From NCBI GenBank assembly GCA_049323295.1, contig JBMOON010000017.1, positions 258,724 to 322,723 on the forward strand: a DNA stretch of 64,000 bases. Direction: 5' to 3'. Shown piece by piece: positions 8,761 to 16,544 of this stretch (its first letter is position 1; each line of letters opens with the position of its first letter). A model generated the notes under the pieces. That model was not told the origin of the DNA and did no database searches. It saw only the letters and a program-made list of their open reading frames with translations. A program made the translations under genes and the position numbers. The DNA comes from Pseudomonadota bacterium (GTDB lineage: Bacteria > Pseudomonadota > Gammaproteobacteria > Pseudomonadales > JADFDG01).

Positions 8761-10089
8761 ATGGAAACCGGTCACGACCACCCGCGGGACTACGAGGCAG
8801 GTATCGACGCCGAGATCGATGCCGTGGCCGCCGAGCGCCAGCGCAGCCGCTACGGGCTCCGTTTCGCCGAGCCGCTGGAGCAGGCCTACCAGAACGACCA
8901 GCGACACCGGGCCATGCTGGCCTTCCGGCACACGGCCGTTTTCATCCTGCTGTTGTACGTACTTCTGAGTTCAGGCATCTACGCCCTGATGCCGGCGCAC
9001 GAGGTCGATCGCTGGCTGAGCCTCTACGGCTGGGCCGGCGTGATCATCCTGGCGGCACAGGCCCTGAGCTATGTGTCGGCTTTCGAGCGCTGGTTTCCGC
9101 TGTACATCGGGGCCGGCAGTTTTCTTGCCGTCGCGTTGTCGGTGGCGGTGACCGGCGTGGTGCGCGATCCGGTCGCCGGCCCGCTGACGCACGCCGGCAT
9201 CATGTACGCGATGGTGATCATCTACGGCATCTGCGGTCTGCGTTTCCGCCATGCGCTGGTTGCCGGCTGGGCGGGTGGACTGGCCGGCGACCTGCTGGCC
9301 ACCGCGCTGGGCGGCAGCATCGACTGGGGTGTGCTGCACCGCACCTACACCGGCTCCAGCCTGCTCGGCATGTTCCTGGTGTATTACGCCGAGTTGCGCG
9401 ATCGCGAATCCTTCCTGCAGACGCGGCTGCTGGAGCTCGGCCACCTGCGGGTGAGCGAATATGCACGCCGGGTCGAGCAACTCTCGCGCGAGGATCCGCT
9501 CACCGGCCTGATGAACCGCCGGCATTTCGGCGAGGTGCTGGAGAACGAATGGCGGCGGGCGCAACGCAGCCGCCGGCCGGTCGCGCTGCTGTTGATCGAC
9601 ATCGACAACTTCAAGCACTACAACGACACGCTCGGGCATCCGGCCGGCGACCGCTGCCTGATCCGGGTGGCGGACATCCTGGCGACCCACGCGCGCCGTT
9701 CCGGCGACACGGCCGTGCGGTTCGGCGGCGAGGAATTCCTGTTGTTCGTGCCGGATGCCGGCGAGGAAGAAGCTGCGCGGCACGCCGCGCAGCTGCATGC
9801 GGCGATCAGCGAAGCCTGCATTCCGCACGCTCCGGGCCTGGATCGCCGCATCATCACCGTGAGCGTCGGCGCCGCAGTGGTGACACCCGGCGAGAGTTTC
9901 TCGCCGGAAGACCTGATCCAGGCGGCCGACCAGGCGCTGTATCGCGTCAAGCATGGTGGCCGCAACGGCTGGCAACTGATCTCGCTGTTGCCGTCGACGC
10001 AGGCGGCCAACGAAGCCGAACATGAGGGCGGCGGCATCAGCCGGGTGCGCATCCTGCGCGGCAATCCGCACCGCCCGCCGCCGGGCTGA
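8761..10089 (+). CDS. membrane-anchored diguanylate cyclase (GGDEF)
   Basis: N-terminal multi-TM region, then a GGDEF domain with the active site RFGGEEF and an RxxD I-site (RSGD) 5 residues upstream. The start was moved to ATG 8761 behind GGAGG. Confidence 0.9.
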   Translation: METGHDHPRDYEAGIDAEIDAVAAERQRSRYGLRFAEPLEQAYQNDQRHRAMLAFRHTAVFILLLYVLLSSGIYALMPAHEVDRWLSLYGWAGVIILAAQALSYVSAFERWFPLYIGAGSFLAVALSVAVTGVVRDPVAGPLTHAGIMYAMVIIYGICGLRFRHALVAGWAGGLAGDLLATALGGSIDWGVLHRTYTGSSLLGMFLVYYAELRDRESFLQTRLLELGHLRVSEYARRVEQLSREDPLTGLMNRRHFGEVLENEWRRAQRSRRPVALLLIDIDNFKHYNDTLGHPAGDRCLIRVADILATHARRSGDTAVRFGGEEFLLFVPDAGEEEAARHAAQLHAAISEACIPHAPGLDRRIITVSVGAAVVTPGESFSPEDLIQAADQALYRVKHGGRNGWQLISLLPSTQAANEAEHEGGGISRVRILRGNPHRPPPG

Positions 10090-10095
10090 ACGACG

Positions 10096-10521
10096 TCAGT
10101 CGCGCTGGCGCAGCACGTTGAAGGCGAAGATCACTACCGATACCAGAACAGCGATCGAGCAGATAGCCAGCAACGGCTCAAGCGCGGTGTTGCCGGTGAG
10201 CATCAGGCCGCCCAGCGCAAGCATCATCGGCGGCAGTGCGAGGTTGTGCAGCCAGAACTGGGTTTTCGCCAGCCGGCTGGTCGCGGCCTGCGGAAAGGCG
10301 CGATAAATGAAACCGATCAATGCCAGCGACACCCAGCCCAGCAGGTTGAGATGGGTGTGCACCGGCGTCAGCCGGTGATCGTGGGTGGCGGCCATGAACA
10401 CGCCGATCATCACCGCCACCACGAAGTAGACCACGGCGATGCGCAGCCAGCGGTTGGCGAAGGCATGTGCGCTGCCTTCCGGGTTGAAGCGCTGTTCGTC
10501 GCGCAGGTCGGGGATCGCCAT
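10096..10521 (-). CDS. small 4-TM membrane protein with an H-D-H-R-x4-H-x-H motif (paralog B)
   Basis: 141 aa with the motif ATHDHRLTPVHTHLNLLGW and long identical runs with paralog A. An AGGAGAA SD is present, and the gene starts 30 nt downstream of the plsB stop. Confidence 0.85.
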   Translation of the reverse strand: MAIPDLRDEQRFNPEGSAHAFANRWLRIAVVYFVVAVMIGVFMAATHDHRLTPVHTHLNLLGWVSLALIGFIYRAFPQAATSRLAKTQFWLHNLALPPMMLALGGLMLTGNTALEPLLAICSIAVLVSVVIFAFNVLRQRD

Positions 10522-10551
10522 GATCGTTCTCCTGGGTCCGTGATGGCCGGG

Positions 10552-13080
10552 TCAGCCCTTGCGTTTCTTCTTTTCCGGCGCCGGCAGCGCCGACAGGTCC
10601 AGCCGCGTGTGCTGGGCGATATTGCGGCGGATTTCGGCGGACAGGATGCGCCGGGTGTCGGCTTCGATGGAGACCAGCTGCTCGCTGAAGCCGATGCGGC
10701 CGTCGGCATCGGCAGTGAACAGTCCTTCGCGCTTCATGGTGCGGATGAAGCGCTTGATTACCTGGGCGTCGAAGAATTCCGGCGAGTTGAAGGTGTACAG
10801 GATGGCCATGCGCTGGGCGACCAGCTGCGACAGTTTTTCCAGCTGTGCTTCATCGATGCTGCCGGCGTGCGTCATCACCAGCGAAATCACGATGTAGTAG
10901 CGTTCGAGCGTCTCGCGGATGGTTTGCGCCAGCACGCTCAGTTGCGCGTGTTCCAGCGTGCCGGTGGCCGGTGCCTGCAGGGAGCCGTCGGCCGCTTTCT
11001 CGATCAGCCCGGCCTTGTCGAGGGCATCGATCACCTGGTCGATGAAGGAGATCACCGAGCGCGGCCCGTGGTGCAGGAACAGTTCGGCGCGCAGCGGCAC
11101 GTGGATCACCCGTACCAGCGCCACCAGCTGCTCGCGGCTGAGCGAGCGGTTGCGCAGCAGCAGGTTGGCCACCAGCGACGGCAGGGCGAACAGGTGCAGC
11201 ACGTTGTTGCGGAAATAGGTCAGCGTCACTGAAGCGGCATCGTCCAGCCACAGCAGGTCGCCGAGGCTGTGCCGGTAGCGCTGGAGGATCTTCATCTTTT
11301 CGCCGTGGGCGATGATCTCTTCCGGCGTCAGCGTGGTGACGGTCACGTTCGGCCCGTAATGCATGTCGGCCAGCAGCCGCTGGTAGAGGGCCAGCATGTT
11401 GCGCAGCGATTCCTCGTCCATGACCCGCTTGGGGGTCGCCAGCAGCGCGAGGCTGAGCAGGTTGACCGGATTCACCGCCGCCGCATCGTTGATCCGGCGG
11501 TTGATGTTGCGCGCCAGTTTCTCGATCAGCGGCGCCAGCCAGGCAGCCGTGGCCTCGTCGGCCGGAGCGGCCGTGCGCCAGCCGTCCGGCGCGTAGGTGT
11601 CGAGGAAGGTGCCCAGGTCCAGCGGATCGCCGAAATTGACGTGTACCTTGCCGAAGCGGTCCGACAGTTTCCCGGTGCGGCCGAACAGGCGGGCGGCGGT
11701 TTCGAAAACGCCGCCCAGCGATTCCTTCTTTTTCTGCTTGCCGTGCAGCTCTTCCACGTACGAGCCGCTTTCCAGCACGCGCTCGTAGCCGATGTAGACC
11801 GGCACGAAGGCGATCGGCCGCGCGGTGTCGCGCAGGAAGCTGCGCACGGTCATCGCCAGCATGCCGGTGCGCGGCTGCAGCATCCGGCCGGTGCGCGAAC
11901 GGCCGCCCTCGATGAAGTACTCCACGGAAAAACCGCGGGCGAACATCGAATGCAGGTATTCGTTGAAAACCGTCGAGTACAGCGGGTTTCCCTTGAAGCT
12001 GCGGCGCATGAAAAAGGCGCCGCCGCGGCGCAGGATCGGTCCCACCACCGGCATGTTCAGGTTGATGCCGGCGGCAATGTGCGGCGGCACCATGCCATGC
12101 CGGTAGACGAGGAACGAGAGCAGCAGGTAATCGATGTGGCTGCGGTGGCAGGGCACGTAGACGATCTCGTGCGTGCGCGCCACGGCCGTCAGTTTCTCGA
12201 CGTGGTTGATTTCCAGTCCGGCATACAGCCGGTTCCACACCCAGTTGAGCAGGCGTTCCAGGAACCGGATCACCGTGTGGCTGTAGTCGGATGCGATCTC
12301 GTTGGCGTATTCCCAGGCCGCTTCGGTGCTTTCCTCCACCGTGCGTTTCTTTTCCGTGGCGTCCTGGCGGATGGCTTCCTTCACCGCCGGCGCCGCGATC
12401 AGGGTGTCGATCAGCGTGCGCCGGTGCGACAGGTCGGGGCCGATCATCGCTTCCCGTTCGCGGCGGAAGTGCACGCGCAGCACGCGGCCCAGCTTGCGCG
12501 CGGTACGCTCCTCGCCGAGGCCCTCGGCCAGCAGTTCCTTCAGCATCACCGGCTGGCTGAACTGCACGTAGGTCTGCCGGCCGTTGACCAGGATCATGAA
12601 CATTTTCTTGATCAGGCCGGACGCCGACCAGGTATCGGACAGCAGGATGCGGATCAGCGAACGTTCCTTCTCCGGCCGGCGGCCCCAGTACACCGATACC
12701 GGCACGATCTGCACGTCCGGCGCGCCTTCGGCCCGGCCGGCGCTGACCAGCCGCTCGATGCGCTGCGAGATGTAGGGCAGGCGGTAGCGGCCGAAGAAGA
12801 GACCGTCGTTCTTGGTCAGGCAGAAGAAGCGGCGGTCGCCGCCGGTGCCGCGGATGCCGCTCGGGCGGGTCGGGCGCGGCAGCCCGAGTTTCAGGCACTC
12901 GTGCTCGACCACCAGCAGGTTGGAGAACGACTTGTCCTGCAGCGCGTAGACGACCGGCCGTTGCGGGTCGATGCCCAGGGTGGAGAAGTCCTGCGGCAGC
13001 CGGTGCGTGCGCACCCAGATGAACAGCAGCTTGCGCAGGAAGAAGAGAAAGAAACTGTCGAGGCCAAGCCAGCGCTTCAT
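10552..13080 (-). CDS. plsB: glycerol-3-phosphate 1-O-acyltransferase
   Basis: 842 aa. The N-terminus resembles PlsB (LRKLLFIWVRTHRLP, VVYALQDKSFSNLLV) and the HX4D acyltransferase motif is present (VPCHRSHIDYLLL). Confidence 0.95.
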   Translation of the reverse strand: MKRWLGLDSFFLFFLRKLLFIWVRTHRLPQDFSTLGIDPQRPVVYALQDKSFSNLLVVEHECLKLGLPRPTRPSGIRGTGGDRRFFCLTKNDGLFFGRYRLPYISQRIERLVSAGRAEGAPDVQIVPVSVYWGRRPEKERSLIRILLSDTWSASGLIKKMFMILVNGRQTYVQFSQPVMLKELLAEGLGEERTARKLGRVLRVHFRREREAMIGPDLSHRRTLIDTLIAAPAVKEAIRQDATEKKRTVEESTEAAWEYANEIASDYSHTVIRFLERLLNWVWNRLYAGLEINHVEKLTAVARTHEIVYVPCHRSHIDYLLLSFLVYRHGMVPPHIAAGINLNMPVVGPILRRGGAFFMRRSFKGNPLYSTVFNEYLHSMFARGFSVEYFIEGGRSRTGRMLQPRTGMLAMTVRSFLRDTARPIAFVPVYIGYERVLESGSYVEELHGKQKKKESLGGVFETAARLFGRTGKLSDRFGKVHVNFGDPLDLGTFLDTYAPDGWRTAAPADEATAAWLAPLIEKLARNINRRINDAAAVNPVNLLSLALLATPKRVMDEESLRNMLALYQRLLADMHYGPNVTVTTLTPEEIIAHGEKMKILQRYRHSLGDLLWLDDAASVTLTYFRNNVLHLFALPSLVANLLLRNRSLSREQLVALVRVIHVPLRAELFLHHGPRSVISFIDQVIDALDKAGLIEKAADGSLQAPATGTLEHAQLSVLAQTIRETLERYYIVISLVMTHAGSIDEAQLEKLSQLVAQRMAILYTFNSPEFFDAQVIKRFIRTMKREGLFTADADGRIGFSEQLVSIEADTRRILSAEIRRNIAQHTRLDLSALPAPEKKKRKG

Positions 13081-13238
13081 GGGTCCCGGAGTGTCCTGTG
13101 GGGCAGGGCGCGGAAGGATAGCCGTTGCCTTGCGGAAGGGTGCCTTCCGCCCCGTCGGCCCGGGGTCGGCAGATGTAACAAGTTATAAGGGTGACGGCGA
13201 ACCGGTGGCGAAACGGCCGGAAAACCGCCGTGAAGTCT

Positions 13239-14123
13239 TCAGCCGGCGCGCGGCGTTGCCGGCAGGGTATCGAGCCAGGCAGAGACCCGCCGCACGACCG
13301 CGTCCGGGGTGCGCACCCAGCGGAAGTGGTCGGCGCGATCGCCCAGTTCGGCGCCGTCGATCACGCCCCGGGTCACCGTGGCGCTGCGGAACTTGTCGGT
13401 GACCGCCGCCATCGCCGCTTCCGGCGCGTAGGCATCGTCGGCCAGCCGCAGCGACAGCAGCGGACCGCGCCAGCGGGCGATGCCGCTGTCGAGATCGGCG
13501 GCGAGGCCGCGGGCGGAATAGACGTTGGTGAGGGCGAGGTCGCGCCAGTCGGCCATCAGCGTGCGCGCTTCGCGGCCGCCGAAACCGACCCGGTCGCCGG
13601 GGTAGTAGCCGAACAGCAGGCCGAACGCCGGCAGCAGTTGCACCAGCAGTTGCAGTTGCCGGCGCGTGCGGCCCGCGAAGGCCGGCACCCACGGCGTGCC
13701 GCAGGCGGTGAGGATGACGCCGTCGATGCGTTCCGGCAGACGGCCGGCGGTGATCGCCGCGTAGTGGCCGCCGAGACTGTGTCCCATGAGATAGACCGGC
13801 AGGCCGGGTGCCTGCTCGGCGAGGTGATCGAGCACCGCCGGAATGTCCTCCGTCAGCGCTTCACGGAAACCGAAATCGGTGCGTCGCGACGGACGCAGCG
13901 GACTCTCGCCGTGGCCGCGCTGTTCGACCAGCGCGACGTTGAGTCCGGCGGCGCACAGCGCCTGCGCCAGCGGCAGGTAGAACCGGGCGGCAATCCCCAG
14001 CGCCGCCATCAGCACGACATGGCCGCGCGGTGCCGCGGCGGCATGCCAGAGCAGCGGCACGCGATAGCCGTCGGCAACCGGCAGCCGGCGCAGTTCGTGG
14101 GAGGCAGCAGCGACGACGGTCAT
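13239..14123 (-). CDS. alpha/beta-fold hydrolase
   Basis: Nucleophile elbow GHSLGG, HG oxyanion context (QRGHGES), 294 aa. Confidence 0.8.
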   Translation of the reverse strand: MTVVAAASHELRRLPVADGYRVPLLWHAAAAPRGHVVLMAALGIAARFYLPLAQALCAAGLNVALVEQRGHGESPLRPSRRTDFGFREALTEDIPAVLDHLAEQAPGLPVYLMGHSLGGHYAAITAGRLPERIDGVILTACGTPWVPAFAGRTRRQLQLLVQLLPAFGLLFGYYPGDRVGFGGREARTLMADWRDLALTNVYSARGLAADLDSGIARWRGPLLSLRLADDAYAPEAAMAAVTDKFRSATVTRGVIDGAELGDRADHFRWVRTPDAVVRRVSAWLDTLPATPRAG

Positions 14124-14191
14124 GGGGCGGTTCCTCCGGGGCGGGAAAAGATTACCCTGTCGCCCGACCCGAAATCTGCCCGGAGTGCGAC

Positions 14192-15205
14192 ATGAAAGTC
14201 ATCGAACTGGCCCGTTTCGGTCTCGACGGCCTGACCGCCGCGGAACGCGCAGTGCCGGAACCCGGTCCCGGCGAAGTGCGGGTGAAGCTCGCCGCCGCGT
14301 CGCTCAATTTCCACGATCTGGCGACCATTCTCGGCCTGGCCAATCCGCGCATGGTGCTGCCGCGCGTGGTGCTGTCCGACGGTGCGGGCACGATCGATGC
14401 CGTCGGTCCGGGCGTCACCGCACGCCGTGCGGGCGAACGGGTGAGCAGCACGTTCTTCCCGCGCTGGCCGGCCGGTGCGCCGACCCGCGCCCGCCTGGCA
14501 TACGTGCCCGGCGAACATCTCGACGGCTGCCTGGCCGATTTCGTCGTCTTGCCGGCCGACGGCGTCATGCCGGTGCCGCCGCACCTGTCCGACCTCGAGG
14601 CGGCGACGCTGCCCTGCGCGGCGCTCACCGCCTGGCGGGCGGTGGCAGTGGAGGCGAAAGTGAAGGCCGGCGACCGCGTGCTGTTGCAGGGCACGGGCGG
14701 CGTGTCGCTGTTCGCGCTGCAGTTCGCGAAGCTGCTGGGCGCGGAGACCATCATCACCTCGAGTTCCGACGAGAAGCTGGCGCGTGCGCAGCAACTCGGC
14801 GCCGACCACCTGATCAACTACAAGTCGACGCCGCAGTGGGGCAAACGCGCACGGGAAATCACCGGCGGCGAGGGCGTCGACCTGGTGGTGGAGGTCGGCG
14901 GTTCCGGCACCTTCAACGAATCGCTCAACGCGCTGAAGATCGGCGGTCACCTCAGCATGATCGGCGTGCTCACCGGCATTGCCGACCTGATCCCGACGGC
15001 GAAGATCATGGCGATGAATGCCACGGTGAAGGGCATCACGGTCGGCTCGCAGGAGGATTTCGCGGCGATGAACCGGGCGATCTCGCTGGCGAAGCTGCGG
15101 CCGGTGATCGGCGAGGTGCTCGGCTTCGCGCAGGCGAAGGATGCGCTGCAGTTGATGCAGCGCGGCGGACACGTCGGCAAGATCGCGCTGGATTTTTCGC
15201 GCTGA
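14192..15205 (+). CDS. medium-chain (zinc-type) NAD(P)-dependent alcohol dehydrogenase / quinone oxidoreductase family protein
   Basis: MKVIELARFG...PGPGEVRVKL N-terminus and Rossmann motif LLQGTGGVSLFALQFAKLLGA. The start was moved to ATG 14192 behind GGAG. Confidence 0.85.
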   Translation: MKVIELARFGLDGLTAAERAVPEPGPGEVRVKLAAASLNFHDLATILGLANPRMVLPRVVLSDGAGTIDAVGPGVTARRAGERVSSTFFPRWPAGAPTRARLAYVPGEHLDGCLADFVVLPADGVMPVPPHLSDLEAATLPCAALTAWRAVAVEAKVKAGDRVLLQGTGGVSLFALQFAKLLGAETIITSSSDEKLARAQQLGADHLINYKSTPQWGKRAREITGGEGVDLVVEVGGSGTFNESLNALKIGGHLSMIGVLTGIADLIPTAKIMAMNATVKGITVGSQEDFAAMNRAISLAKLRPVIGEVLGFAQAKDALQLMQRGGHVGKIALDFSR

Positions 15206-15218
15206 GGCGCGCGCCGGC

Positions 15219-16259
15219 CTACTCGAAGAGGTCGTCGTCGACTTTCGGTGCCGGCGGGGCGGGATCGTCCCAGAAGGTGCCGAGCGCGCCGTGCGGGGTG
15301 CGGTGGCCGGTGGCCTCCGTCCACATGCGGTCGGAGAGGGCCAGCATCACGTCGCGGGAGATGGTGTCGAGAATGCGGTATTCCGCGTTCTGCCGGAAAC
15401 GCTTGCCGGCGGCGGCGAAGTCGCGCAGTGCCTTGCGCGTGGTGGCCTTGTCGCCGCCGCTGTAGGCGGTCATTGCCCAGATGACGTGGCCGAGGCGCAC
15501 GCCGTCGCGTTCGCCGCGGCGCGCCACTTCCTCCAGCGTTTTCATCGGTTCGACGCCCGGCGGCGCCAGCATCGGTGCGATGTGCCACAGTGCCGCCTGC
15601 ACCGCCCGCGGCACGTCCCACCACTTGGCGCTGTCGATGCAGTTCACCAGATAGCCGACCTTGGGCGCGATGTCGCGCGGCACGTTGTTGAACTGCCCGG
15701 CCTGGGCGTCGTTGATCATCGCCTGCATGCCGGCCAGCAGGCCGACCATGAACACCAGTTCGTCGAAGTCCTTGCGGAATTTCGGGCACTGCCCTTCCTT
15801 CAGGTCGCCGTAGTGGTTGAGGAAGCGCTGGTAGGCGAGGTACTGGCGTTGTGCGGCGAGCGCGTGCGCGCGTTTCTGGGCGATGCGGGCGTCCTGGGCA
15901 AGAAACGGCTTTTCCGCGTACATCGCCCGCAGGTAGGTGAGTTCGTGCTCCAGTCCCTCGAATTCCGTGCAGACGCCACTGGTCAGCTGCAGCAGGATGC
16001 CGATCTGGTCGACATTGGTGCCCACGCGCTCGAAGGCGATGGCCGGGATGGTGAAGCCGGTGGCGGCCACGCAGCCGATCTCCAGATCGTTGCCGGCCAG
16101 TTCGTGCGGGAAGATTTCCTTTTCGCCGAATTTCATCAGCTGGTCGCCGGCGAACTTGTACGGCGAGCAGCCCGCGGCCAGCAGCGCCGCCAGCAGCAGC
16201 GCGCACAGGCGCGCGTGCACGGGCATGACGACGGCGGTCGGGGCGACGAAGCGGGGCAT
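15219..16259 (-). CDS. lipoprotein of unknown function
   Basis: Lipobox LLAAGC-S after a hydrophobic signal (ARLCALLLAALLAAGCS). The remainder has a normal composition. The start is uncertain: 16259, 16226, or GTG 16325. Confidence 0.7.
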   Translation of the reverse strand: MPRFVAPTAVVMPVHARLCALLLAALLAAGCSPYKFAGDQLMKFGEKEIFPHELAGNDLEIGCVAATGFTIPAIAFERVGTNVDQIGILLQLTSGVCTEFEGLEHELTYLRAMYAEKPFLAQDARIAQKRAHALAAQRQYLAYQRFLNHYGDLKEGQCPKFRKDFDELVFMVGLLAGMQAMINDAQAGQFNNVPRDIAPKVGYLVNCIDSAKWWDVPRAVQAALWHIAPMLAPPGVEPMKTLEEVARRGERDGVRLGHVIWAMTAYSGGDKATTRKALRDFAAAGKRFRQNAEYRILDTISRDVMLALSDRMWTEATGHRTPHGALGTFWDDPAPPAPKVDDDLFE

Positions 16260-16430
16260 GGGCGACGGCAAATCCGTTTCGGGTTCCGGCGCAAAGAACG
16301 GCCGGGAAGCGCAGGACTCTACCACCGCCGTCGCCGCGTCGTTTGGCCGCCGCGCCGAACGGTCGGCGCGCGGGCCAACGCCGGCGGGCCCGGATTCCGG
16401 TGTGCGTGCCGCGGTGCGCGCGGCCGTTTA

Positions 16431-16444
16431 TGACCGATCGGTCA
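16431..16444. promoter_or_regulatory. perfect 14-bp palindrome TGACCGATCGGTCA; candidate operator
   Basis: Exact self-complementary 14-mer in the divergent intergenic region between the lipoprotein gene and the VWA-ECF operon. A second copy with one mismatch lies at 2245-2258. Confidence 0.45.
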
Positions 16445-16544
16445 CGGCGACGCGGTCCGCCACCGGATTTTTTTGCACGGCCGTAACCCGGATCCGTCGG
16501 CGGCTGCGTTTACCCCTCCGTACCCAACCACGGAGGTTCCCGCC

